This document shows, piece after piece, positions 52,392 through 63,553 of a stretch of DNA of 64,000 bases. This DNA comes from Psilocybe cubensis (Eukaryota). A model generated the notes under the pieces. It searched no databases. It was not told the DNA's origin and saw only the letters and a list, made by a program, of their open reading frames with translations. A program made the position numbers and the translations under genes. The number at the start of each line of letters is the position of its first letter. Position 1 is the first letter of the stretch. The stretch covers positions 496,001 to 560,000 of the forward strand of contig CM039009.1 in NCBI GenBank assembly GCA_017499595.2. The letters run 5' to 3'.

Positions 52392-54514
52392 ATGTTCTCA
52401 AAAATGCGTAAATCTTTCCAGCTAGGGACCAACTCGACGGTCCAACGAAAGCAATCCTTCACAACTGTTCTTAAGGAGATGGCGAAAGACGACAAAGGTG
52501 ATAACCCTTTCATGATTTAGAGCCCCATACGAAGCATTAAATCAACGTCACCGCAGAGAGATCGTTAACCGAATGGGCAAGACCGTCAATCATAATTGGT
52601 GAAGTAGAGGATCAGAAAAAAAAGCCACAAATCAGTGAGTTCCATGTCTTTCATTGAATTTCGACAATGTCTGTATACATTGGGCGCTTAACATAAACCT
52701 TAGGTTTTCAAAACATTGATGTAGATGAGAGCGCCCGCGATTCCAAGGAATCTGAAATTCTTCTATTTGGGGTCACAGAGGTCAGTCGACATATTGAAAC
52801 TCTGCACATTCACTGCATATGAATGACCCATTCGTTGAATAGAACGGACATTCCATCCTAGTTCGGGTCACCGGATTTGAACATTATCTGTATATCCCGG
52901 CGCCTAAAGGAATATCAAGCGCGGATCTAAATCCACTTCGAGATTACCTCAATGTTAGTACTAGCTTATATGTAAACCACATACTATCTAACTGATTAGC
53001 AACCACAGGCACTTATTGCACCCCCTGGAACAGAGTCGCTATCCTCTACCAATCAGTTGGTCTCAAGAATTGACATGAAACAGGCCAGCACCTCCATGGG
53101 AGTTGTTCCTATTCTCATCGTGCGATGCTCTGACTATAGAGTCCTGCCTCTGTTAAAAAATGAGTTTTGTATTTTTGCGTTGTGATATACCATGGACTTA
53201 TTTCCTCCCACGGGTTTTCAATGAAGGACACTGCGTCTATAATAACCTTTTTTCAGAACCACTTATTGCGGAAGGAGCTCAAGTCCCATACTTCCTACGG
53301 TTCATGGTTGACAAAGGCGTAAGTTGAGTTCATGTTTCATGGAACTCTTTTCTAAGTGACGTCAGATAACCGCAATGACCTGGCTAAGTCTACCTGCCGA
53401 AAAATACGAGGTAGTTCCAAAGGATAAGGCTATCTCGCACTGTCAGCTAGAGGTATTTGCCAGGTGCGTGCTATGTATTATCTTGACCAATCGTCGATAC
53501 TTACGATTCTCCACAGTGTAAACGACATCGAAATTTCCAAGCCTGTTCGAAATCGAAAATATGCAGCACTGCGTATTGTGAGCTTTGATATCGAAACGTC
53601 CCTTAGATTTTCCAACGACTCGCAGATTATTCAGCCAAATGCACAAGAAGATTCCGTGTTGCAGATTGGATGCATGGCCGCAAATTATGGTATCGTAAAC
53701 GTTTAACAAATCTGTATGCTGCTGACGTTTCTGAAGGCCAGACCAATCCATACTTGCGCACAATATTCACCCTCAAGTCGTGCTCCCCGATTGAAGGAGC
53801 ACAAGTACTATCGTATGACAATGAACGAGAGTTGCTGATGGCCTTCAGAAACTTTGTGATCGAGGTTGATCCGGATGTTGTTACAGGATACAATATTGCC
53901 CAGTTTGACATACCCTTTCTGTTGAACCGAGCCGATGCGCTGGAAATACCAGAATTTCCGTACCTTGGTAGAGTTAAAAGTAAGCATACCTGCCACACCT
54001 TCCAATTCGGTGTTAAAAATGAGTATTTTTTAAAATCTAGATTCACCACAGCGCTTATCTGGTCTCCCACGCAATTATCTTTGGAATTGCCCAGCGTTTA
54101 CAGGCCGTCTACTTCTTGACATCTACTTCTTCATCCGTAACAGTAAGAAATTCGAGGGAAAAGGAAACAGTACGCTGAATGCCATCTCTCGTGTCTTCTT
54201 GGGCGAAGAAAAAGAAAGCGTCGACTACAAACAAATCCCCAAGCTTCAGGATGGTACGGATAGCGACCGTCGAACAATCGCCATTTACTGTTTAAAGGTA
54301 TGTTATGATTATGATTCATCATTCTCAAGGCAAATGAATGATCTGAGGTTAGGATGTATATCTCGCATTGCGCCTGCTTCCGAAAATCAACTGCCTCGAA
54401 CAAGACGTCGAGGCTGCTCGCACAGCTTGTATTCCATTCAACGCCATGAGGGGGAAAAGTTATTTAATCAGAGTGGCACAAGAATGCCGCAGCCAATTAA
54501 ACAGCATCAGGTAA
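52392..54514 (+). CDS. DNA polymerase delta (Pol3)-like N-terminal plus 3'-5' exonuclease protein lacking the polymerase domain
   Basis: EWARP, FQNIDVD, LLFGVTENGHSILVRVTGFEHYLY, YFLRFMVDKG, Exo I LRIVSFDIET, Exo II DPDVVTGYNIAQFDIPFLLNRA, Exo III AIYCLKDVYL, then AARTACIPFNAMRG and a stop at 54514. The 5' end is approximate and may include upstream exons. Confidence 0.8.
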
Positions 54515-54785
54515 TTGGAGTTGCAAGGAGAACTGAACGATATAATTGGTCCAATTTGTCAAATAGTTGTTCAATACGTGAGGAATAAATACGTAGAAAA
54601 GAAAGTTTCTATGCGCATGGTGAACTGCAATGTTCTTAATTTCGTCTCAGACAATGAGTGATTAAAATTATCTTGACCTGATTCAAATGCAGGACCGTGT
54701 GATCTAACTCCAAATTTTGTCATCTTTCCTTGGGAAAAAAACTATGAATTCCACACTTTCCCTCATGGACCTAATGAAAAAAGTA

Positions 54786-54896
54786 TGACAAGAGTGGGAC
54801 TTGAACCCACGCCACGATTCCGTGATGAGAAATGAACCCACATTGTGGGCAAGCTTAAGCTTGAGTCACACGCCTTAACCGCTCGGCCATCTTGCC
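54786..54896 (-). tRNA. tRNA-Leu (CAA) with ~28-nt intron (about 54832-54859)
   Basis: Reverse complement GGCAAGATGGCCGAGCGGTTAAGGCGTGTGACTCAAG-[intron]-TTCTCATCACGGAATCGTGGCGTGGGTTCAAGTCCCACTCTTGTCA. Long variable arm, A and B boxes, T6 terminator downstream. Confidence 0.92.
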
Positions 54897-55073
54897 TTAT
54901 ATTGCAAGCCTGCAAATGTATATTAGTTAAGAATAGTTACAAATCCTTTTCAGACGCCGTTTAAAATGTGCCCAAGCAGTTCACGCCCCGCTCGCCGTTG
55001 CGATGACTGTCGACAACTTCAAAAGCGATTTTTTAGTCTCGAATACTAAGTCTCTTCCAATACGCTTGATTTT

Positions 55074-56306
55074 ATGGCGCCTTCAAGCCAGAGCTTTCAA
55101 CTTCCTGACATCCTTGGGGTCATCAACTCTATAGAATTGCGGACTAATGGACATTGTCGTTACGCCACGGAGGCATCTGAAAAATGGCTCACTGAAACTG
55201 GAATCCTCTCCGTGGATGAACTATCGTATATTCATCCTACGAAAATCGGCTTGCTCTCTGCTCTTTGTTTCCCGAAGTGCGACTTTCCACAGTTACGGGT
55301 CCTCACCGACTTTTGCATGCTGTTTTTTTACTCAGGGCTGAGGGAGAATGCCGAAGGCGAAACCTTCCGTTTGTGGGATGTCGATCATTCCCAGCTGTCT
55401 GCACAAATAGCCGCCGGTTCTGTAGGCGAAATGGATTATAAAAGCGGGTTAGACCTGCTCAAAGGACACGTATTGCTCAGGCAGTTGCGTATGCTATCTG
55501 TATTTGCTCATACGTACGTGTAAGCTGAATGCTCGTCCGAAGCGTCGTAGACCAGCGTCTCGTCAATTTGGCCTCCGCGGCCTCGGAAACGTGGAACGCC
55601 CGGTTCAAAAAGTCTGTCCTGGATTATCAGGCGGCTCAAGAAGTGAGGCGGATGAATCGATCCCGAAATGATGTACCATCTCTTGAAGAATACACGGCAA
55701 CTGCCCGTGAGATGCATGGAAATAGCGTCCTCCTTGACCTCGCGGAACTCTTGGAGGTCTTCGAATTCCCTGATCTGCGAGGAACCGAGGCAGAGAAAAT
55801 CATTCATATGAAGCATGCTGCTTTAGATGTCATCGCGTGGTCTTTGGTAAGCTTTTTTCACAGAAGGGCAGCGTGGAATCGCTTACCACTTACCGGAACA
55901 GGACGTTGTTTCTTATCAACTTCAGCAATACAGGGGGAGTACATACAATCTCGTGGCCGTATTGATGCATCACAACAGCTTATCTGTACAAGGCGCGATG
56001 AATCAATGCGGAAATATGATCAAGCAGGCATTTTCTTCTTTCTGTTCAACGGAACGAGCTATTCTCGACTCGATTGATAGTTCAAAGTCGTCTATTTTAT
56101 CGTGGATGTGGACAGCTAAAGAAATATCTGCAGACACCGAGGCTATATCGGAAAAGATCAAGAGATACATCCGGGCATTGAAAGACTGTATTAGCGCTGT
56201 AATTCACTGGGCTTACGAAACGGAGCTGTTTTTTGGTAAGAAAGGCAGCGAAATTAGGACCTTTGGTTGGGTATTTGTCGATCACATTCCAGTAATTACG
56301 GAGTGA
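55074..56306 (+). CDS. Terpenoid synthase-fold (sesquiterpene synthase-like) protein with degenerate metal-binding motifs
   Basis: FQLPDIL, ASEKWL, GLLSALCFPKCDFPQLRVLTDF, VPSLEEYTATARE, HNLVAVLMH..LSVQGAM, RYIRALKDCISAVIHWAYETELFFGKKGSEIRTFGWVF. Two introns. Confidence 0.8.
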
Positions 56307-56423
56307 TAGTAGGTTATAGTTTACACACTCAACTACTATCTAGGTATATATAAAATCATAACTTTAGGGGTAAACCCCGGGAAAATAAGTATTGCAACTG
56401 AGCAGGGAGAAAATGGTCACATA

Positions 56424-58055
56424 CTAATGTAGATTGGGTAGGCTGGGTGCAAAGGCCAGTCGAGAAGGCCACTGATCATCGTCATATTTGCGGGAGCAAC
56501 ACAGTACCAGCTGGGATAGCTTCCATTGTTCATATACCCGGCTTCTTAACTGCTCGGTAAATTCTGCCTACGTACATAAACGTCATTTAGCAAAACGCAC
56601 GGGTATGATACCAAAGGGCCACCTACCGCATTTATACAGTCAAAACAATTGAGCCAGCGATATGTCAGATGAAGCATCTCCAATCCAGGGAGAAGGTCGG
56701 CAAGAAGGTCTAATAATGCTACATCAAGGACGCGCACCTCGAGGACGAGGGTCCGCGGAGATGTGCCACCAACTGCTGGCGAGAATGGCTCCAGCAGTAG
56801 GCGGAGGTCCTCTAAAGCGATGATACAACCTGTGATTATTAGACACTTCACGTTTTTAGCGGCGCCTGCTACGCGTGGGACAGCCAACATCACGCGCTTC
56901 CCACCTGCGCATACGTTCAACCCGAGCTCCAAAGAATGGAGATTGGAGAAGATGACGTTTTCAAAGACGCGGGAGAGCCAGTCCTCGGGGGAGATGTGCC
57001 CAGGAGTTGCACCGGGATCCTGTTTGGATTGGCAGCAGCAGTGTTTCGGGGTGAAATTAAGACGCTCGACGCGATTGTGCACACGGAGGAAACGACCGAG
57101 TCCCTTGGGATCGACCACATGCCGAGGATCGCATGGCAAGAGGATCGAGAGGCTGATGAGGCGAGGGAAATACGTCAAATTATTATAGAGGCTTGAGAAG
57201 TCGAGGTGTCCGGAGGAAGAGATGGTCATGGCCTTGAGGGAAGGAGAAAGCCTGTTCAGGAAAGCAGACAGCTGGCTAAAGGCGTCTTTTGGGTCATATC
57301 CAGTGCCACCCAATGAGGCGAGTCTCGTGTCGTCAGTCGTAGTGAAATGTAGCGACACTTCTTGCACTCGATCAAGTCCAGTTAATGGCGAGACCATGGC
57401 GGCCATATGCCTAAGGATCATATCTAACTTGATAACTCGCAAGTTATTATGAAAAATCGGCCATATAGCGTTGAGCAGGGGCAAGCAGAATGGGAGTTCA
57501 TCTGCAACTCCTTGGTCCCATTCTACAGCAAATTCGTCGATATTCGAAAGATTGGCTAGGAGATCTAAAATTTTATCGGCGAGGCCCACATCTTCTTCTA
57601 TAGGATATTTTGCAGTTCGATAGCTGTTCCATGGGGTTCAGATGGGTGCTGCAACAACAAAGTTGATACTTATTACCGAAAGTCATTTGGCCAATATTGG
57701 TTCTTTGCTGGCCGTACACGATTTTTTACGCCTTTACCAGACCTTAAACAGGCAGATCGAATGGCCATAGGATGGATGGTCAAGGACCGCACTCTTCCTG
57801 CTATAGAAGAATCTTGGCTTCAAGAAACGTGGACTGTTAATTAGGATATGAGTAATTAAATGGCGTGTATACGCACTGCTTGGCAAGCTTGCCCAGTAAA
57901 ATTTGGGGACGATCGTCATCAATAATGAAGTGCCTATACCTCCTGTCAGTGGCCTGGTCCAGGAAAAGTCGGTCGACAGAAGCCAATCGAAACAGATGTT
58001 CGTCTGGTACGAAATGTATGATACGAAGCCATAGTTCAGTGGGTAATTCCACCAT
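56424..58055 (-). CDS. F-box-like protein with LRR-like C-terminus (agaricomycete-expanded family)
   Basis: N-terminal MVELPTELWLRIIHFVPDEHLFRLASVDRLFL, followed by repeated LxxLxL segments (LKAMTI, LISLSI, LHSLEL, LEMLHL). Confidence 0.7.
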
Positions 58056-58549
58056 CAGAGCAACCTAAAATGCTGCTAAGTAGTTGTTTAATCGTCACTT
58101 TATAGAGAGAACCGATGTTTCTTACCTCCAGAAAAAAATCAAGGAGCAGGAAGAGTAAAGAGCACCCAGCTCTCGGTTATCTGAGAGGTAAACCCAAACC
58201 TGGCTCTTAGACGAGACTGGTAACCCGATTCTTGTTAGCTCCGAGATCTTCCAGGGTAGAAGTGCGGTCGATAACCACCCAATTCCACAGGTCCATATAT
58301 ATAGGCTTCCCGAAAACCCATATTCTGGCGTAGACGCGATCAGGGATCCCCTGAATTGTCTTTAAGTGAGGGTGACATCGGCGTTGCAGTGCAATATACT
58401 TCGTCGTGTGCTAAACAGCGATCAAAAAAACAATGCTTCCGGCAACAACCCCTTAAGGATTTCCAGCACAACTCTTGTTTTCACTAACCACAACCACCAT
58501 CACTACCGACTTCGACGACAGTGACTACCACTCTACAGTCTTTACGACC

Positions 58550-59319
58550 ATGACGGACCTCACTGTGCTCGTGTCTCCAATGCCACTGCATCCAGTTCCA
58601 AGTGGAAATTTCACATTTGGCAGGCGTTCATTTCGAGCACAGAACAGGCCGATCATGGTCACTCTTGAAACGGAAGTCGATGAAGAGGCTGACGGGCAGA
58701 AACCTGTCGTGGAGTCTCCAACTAACGGAGATTTTATAGATCCTCCCACATCCCCTCCACGCAGGCCACGTCCGCCTAGAGTAGTAGAACCAGACCTCCT
58801 AGCACCACCTGTGAATACGTGGAAGTCAAGGCCGAGACACCGACCTACGCGCTCACAAAGTGCTCCTCCAGAACGAAGAGTAGCACCTCCTGTTGACCTA
58901 TCTGCATCTCAAGAGGAAGGATCTCAAGAGCAAAAGGTGTTTTACAAAGAAGCTCTGGGTTTCAAGCAACGCAATCCAAACAGGAGTTTTACTGCCTTCA
59001 ACCTTAACCGGCATACAAATCAAGGAGGAGAGCTTGTCCGTCCACCTCCACCACTTCGTGGGTAGCTTTTTTTTTTTTTTTTTTTGATCTTTCAGCTTAT
59101 CAATCGCAATTCATAGTTCGTCCAACTACCTTTTGGCGAAAAACAAAACGGTCAGGTGTAACAGGCGCTTCGTATTCCCCATCATCTCATCTCATTCGCC
59201 GGTCCACCTATATTGCAGCGGGGCTCTCGTTTGACGCTCCAATTCACGATCTCAGTGCCCTCTGTGTTGAAAGCAGGGTCGGATTCATTGTCGTCCCGCC
59301 GGATCAATCGTTACTGTGA
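58550..59319 (+). CDS. Hypothetical Pro/Arg-rich protein (2 exons)
   Basis: ORF from MTDLTVLVSPM. An intron containing the poly-T tract joins it in frame to PPPPLLRPTTFWRKTKRSGVTGASYSPSSHLIRRSTYIAAGLSFDAPIHDLSALCVESRV...; stop at 59319. Confidence 0.65.
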
Positions 59320-59347
59320 TTACGATCGCCTGCTTCCTACCCACTAG

Positions 59348-61378
59348 ATGTGGGTACAAAGCGTCTTCTTGTTCTTAGGGTCGACATTCCCTCGCACCCT
59401 GGCCGCCGGTACTGTCAATCCAGCGTGCTCCGCAGTATCAACATCAACTCAATTTCCGGACAACGTCGACATTCACTATCTTGAGCCCAGGCAATTAGTA
59501 ACTCCGCCTGTACCATTACCCACGAACCCCACAACGACGTCGACCTCATTTGATTTTTGGTGGCCTTTCCCAGCCGCCACGACCACCACCGCGAATACTT
59601 CACCCCAAACTCTGATTACCGTCCCGATTGCACCGGTTGCATCAGTTATAGCTGGAAGCTCAAATCTTCGCACTGAACCCTCTCTGACTTCCGACCTTTC
59701 TTTTGTCCCCAGTATTGCTGCTCTCCCACCCACCGTCAGCACCACACTCTCCACCTCGTCCTCCGTATCATCGAGGCCACAGCCAGCATCGAGTTCTTCA
59801 AGCCCCACACCAGTGTCCAATGCCGTTGCAAAACCTTCATCCAAGCTTGGGTATCTAATACCTATCGTCTGCGGATTCTCTATTTTAATTCTCGGCTTTG
59901 CCTGCTGGTTCATTTACGGCTGTTGCACTCGGAGACCTCGTGTGCGTACTGACGACGGGGAACTGATAAGTGGACCACCATACATAGGCAATAATGAAAA
60001 TGATGCTCGCCGTGATATCGAGCTCCAGAGTTGTGGCTCAGAGGATCCTGGGATGCTTGATATACCGAAGAAGGGCAGCCGGAGGTTCAGTAGTCAGTTT
60101 AGGTGGCCCTCGTTCAATGAACCACCGGCGTTTGACCCTGTGAAAGGGTTTTACGTGCCAGATGAATACAAAGACGATGAAGAAGATTATTATACCGCAT
60201 CTTTGCTAGTACCTCCGGCAGCAGGCAATGTGCGGACTAAGTCGTCTCGGACTCAGAGATCGACAGCTGCAGTGAAGAAACCCTCACCGAGTGCCGGTCC
60301 TTCTGGCGCTGCTTCTATATTTTCTGATGCGACGTCAATTGCTCTTCTCGATATGTATGAAAGCGACGGTGAAGCAGAGGAAAGACGGAGGGCCCAGGAA
60401 GTTCCATGGGAGAGCCTTCGGCATAAGAGCATCAAGCGTGGTATACTCGAGCAGGTCCAAAAGGAGAATAAATGGATGGACTCCATCCGTGGTTCTATTT
60501 CTCGCGGCTCTGCATTTTTGAGCGGTCGTAGAAACAGCAAAAGGAGGGAAGAAGACGAGGAAAGGCTTGTTTCTGACACCGAGGGTCACAACGAAAACGA
60601 GAGAAGGAATCTGCGAAGATCTGTTGGGAAGAGACGCGGGCATGTGCGAGCCGACTCCGATCTGGTCATCGACAGCGCAAAATCAAAAGAGCTTGTCGAT
60701 CCTTCTGAAAACCCCATCCCGGCCTTAAAACCAGTGAAAATGAAAGGATTACCTGATGATTCTTCAAACTTGACCCGTGGTCACCGAAGCTTTGTCCAAC
60801 TCAAAGACGACCCATCGGACATCGACAAGTACACGCCCTTGCCTACCCGCACAACGGAGAATCGTAGTCGTAGTCGCAGCCAAAGTCGCAGCCGTAGCTC
60901 AAGCCCTATCAAACGACCATCTGCTACCGCAACCTCTCGACCAACCTCTCAAGAGCGCAGAAGTCGGCCAATTACCAGGGATATCCTCCCGAACAGTCCT
61001 TCCCAAATAATGTCTCCGCCATTGGAGAGCCAGATGTGCTTCACCCCTATTCCTCCATTGATGGAGGTCATGTTGAGTCCCGAGCCTGCTCGCAACATGC
61101 GGAACAAATCAAAATCATCTTCGTCAAATAAGAGTGTCATGTCAACCAAAACGTCTACACCCAGCCGAAAATCGAGGAAGCTTCATGCTCGCACGCCTCC
61201 TCATCTCCCTTTTCCTGGAAGCGACAGCCTTATGAATCCCAAACCTGACGCCTACCGTGGACGCCTGCTGAAGAAGCGAATGTTCGGCCCTTCGGGCACG
61301 GATGCCTCATCGTCGAGTAAGAAGCTGCCTGCTCGCCCGCCACAACGACAAGATTCTGATGTGTACAGGACTACCTAG
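59348..61378 (+). CDS. Single-pass type I membrane protein with Ser/Thr ectodomain and long disordered cytoplasmic tail
   Basis: Intronless 676-aa ORF: signal-like N-terminus, S/T/P-rich region, TM segment LGYLIPIVCGFSILILGFACWFIYGCC followed by RRPR, S/R-rich tail. Confidence 0.8.
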   Translation: MWVQSVFLFLGSTFPRTLAAGTVNPACSAVSTSTQFPDNVDIHYLEPRQLVTPPVPLPTNPTTTSTSFDFWWPFPAATTTTANTSPQTLITVPIAPVASVIAGSSNLRTEPSLTSDLSFVPSIAALPPTVSTTLSTSSSVSSRPQPASSSSSPTPVSNAVAKPSSKLGYLIPIVCGFSILILGFACWFIYGCCTRRPRVRTDDGELISGPPYIGNNENDARRDIELQSCGSEDPGMLDIPKKGSRRFSSQFRWPSFNEPPAFDPVKGFYVPDEYKDDEEDYYTASLLVPPAAGNVRTKSSRTQRSTAAVKKPSPSAGPSGAASIFSDATSIALLDMYESDGEAEERRRAQEVPWESLRHKSIKRGILEQVQKENKWMDSIRGSISRGSAFLSGRRNSKRREEDEERLVSDTEGHNENERRNLRRSVGKRRGHVRADSDLVIDSAKSKELVDPSENPIPALKPVKMKGLPDDSSNLTRGHRSFVQLKDDPSDIDKYTPLPTRTTENRSRSRSQSRSRSSSPIKRPSATATSRPTSQERRSRPITRDILPNSPSQIMSPPLESQMCFTPIPPLMEVMLSPEPARNMRNKSKSSSSNKSVMSTKTSTPSRKSRKLHARTPPHLPFPGSDSLMNPKPDAYRGRLLKKRMFGPSGTDASSSSKKLPARPPQRQDSDVYRTT

Positions 61379-61921
61379 GGAGATAAGGCGTTTACGAAAG
61401 TCGGTCGAATCGTGGAAAGGGAAAGCAGGGATACAAGTAATTTGGGAGATAAAACGTCAAGGTGTCTGAGCCCGACTGGTATTGGCAAAAATGCTTTCTA
61501 CACGCGCTGCCCTCTGGAGGGCGTGCACAGACTTTTTTCTTGAATTTTTGGACTGTCGACCCCAATGAGGGTTGGATTATCTTTATTTTCGTTATTTATT
61601 GGTACAACTACAGCAACATCTTGGAACATCTCGCGCAATCATACAACACAACACATTGGAATTTCTTGTTATATACCAGTCGATACATTCTTTTTTGTCA
61701 CTCTTTTTAGCTTTCCTTAATGAACACATTTCTACACTGAAGTCATAATTTGCGGTCTGTTATTTTTTGGTTATTTCGTCAAATTCGTGGTGTTGTGCGA
61801 AGCCGTTGCCACACAAACACAAACGCGGAATGGTCAAGCGTGACAACTCATTTACGCGAACCCCACCTCCACAAAATTCTTATTAACTACAACTTGCATC
61901 TCTTGACTTCAACTTCTCAGT

Positions 61922-62917
61922 ATGCCTCGTAAAGAAACGTACGCTGGCCCATTATCGGCACAAGCCCAACAAGATCTTGTATCAGAAGGTTTAGAGAATT
62001 ATGAACTGCCGAAAAGTGTTGTGATGAAGATTGCAAAGTCTGCGGTATGAGTTTTTGATATTTTTCTTGATATATTATTGACGATTTGGAGCTAGCTCCC
62101 GGACAACGTGAAGCTGCAGAAGGAGACAGTCCTTTCTTTGGTTAAAGGTTCATCGGTGTTCATCAACTATCTCGGTACGTCGTAAAGCCAATTTAAGGCC
62201 TGTTGCCTATTGATGGTTTGAAAAGCTGCTACGTATGTATAGGAATATTTTATGCCTTCTTGACGCGCTTTTTGACGCGCCTTTATTGTAATTTAGAGCC
62301 CACGACGTCGCACAAAACAAGCAACATAAAAGCATATCCGCTTCCGATGTGTTAAAAGCGCTCGAAATGATCGAATTCGGTGACATGGTCAACAAGCTCC
62401 AATCTGAACTACTAAGTGCGTTTCGAACTCATTTCTCGACTAATCACCTATGTTTATCTTGTTTTCTCTGTTTCTAGTCTACCGCGAAGTGTCAAAGAAC
62501 GACAAAGGCAAGAAGGGAACAACCAATGGCACTTCTTCTGCACGCAAAGCACCCCAATCTAGTACATCTGCACCACCAAAGAGCAAAGGCAAAGAAAAAC
62601 CTGGCGCTCTTCCTCCACCATTCACCTCCGCGCCTCTCGCGGCTGCTTCCTCGCACTCACAGGGGGACACCCCCATGGACATTGACGACCAAACTACCAG
62701 TATAAGTGCCCATGGGAGATCCGCCGGCGACGACGAAGACGACGAGGTCAATTCAGCAACGTCAGATGGCGAGCTCGGCAACGCTTTAGAAGACGATGCG
62801 GGGATTGAAGAAGAGGAGGAAGAAGAGGAGCTAGTGGACAACGTTGCTTTGGAAGAAGAAGAGCTACGAAATGATAGCAAGGGAATGGATCGTGATTCGG
62901 ACTCTGATATGGTCTAA
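61922..62917 (+). CDS. DPB4: Histone-fold DNA polymerase epsilon subunit D / CHRAC17-like
   Basis: EGLENYELPKSVVMKIAKSALPDNVKLQKETVLSLVKGSSVFINYLAATAHDVAQNKQHKSISASDVLKALEMIEF, plus an acidic C-terminal tail. Confidence 0.88.
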
Positions 62918-63553
62918 CAGTGGTGAACCAAATGGTGATGTATACCGTGTATTTTATGAAAAAGAACGAACTGTGCTCCTTTCTTTGTAGGTTGCTGATG
63001 TTTCTAGACAGAATATGATATGAACATACCCTAATGATGTACCAATATATTTATTTGAGGTGGTCCTCCATCGCTTGAGGTCGGTGGACAAGTTCGGTGC
63101 TTAATGAGTGAATAAATCAAAGTAAGTCCGTCCACCAATAACATACTTTCTTACCTTTATTTTTGATCTAGGACTTGAGATCGATAGCGTTTGTCGGATG
63201 TTGAATAGCGAACCTGCCCTCCTTGCCGCGAACATCTATTTTTACGTCAACCTTTATAAAGTTGTACTGTCAACAGTGATGCCTCGTCCATATTACAGTT
63301 GTGTGCAACTGCCGACCTCATTGCGACAAACGAAACGGTCTTTCATGCGGTTATACTTCTCTTGCATCCTAGTCGTCTCCCATAGGTCTTGCTTTTGATT
63401 GACACTGACGTGCGATACTGTATGGACTGGACTTGGTAATGATTTCGTGCCTCTGCACTGATGGCATGTCAAGGATCATTGTGCCAGCAGGCGGGCATGG
63501 TGCAATTCTGTGTATATCTAATTGACATCGAATTTGTCTGTTCTACTGACTCT

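Noticed and set aside
52392-54514. Pol B-like gene interpreted as viral, plasmid or Polinton-derived
   Set aside because: It has host-type short introns and Pol delta-specific motifs, with no terminal repeats, integrase or capsid genes nearby.
55074-58055. Terpene biosynthetic gene cluster
   Set aside because: No P450, transferase or transporter is adjacent, and the synthase lacks catalytic motifs.
52392-62917. Proximity of DPB4 and the Pol delta-like exonuclease as a replication cluster
   Set aside because: They are 7 kb apart with unrelated genes between, and belong to different polymerase complexes. Probably chance.
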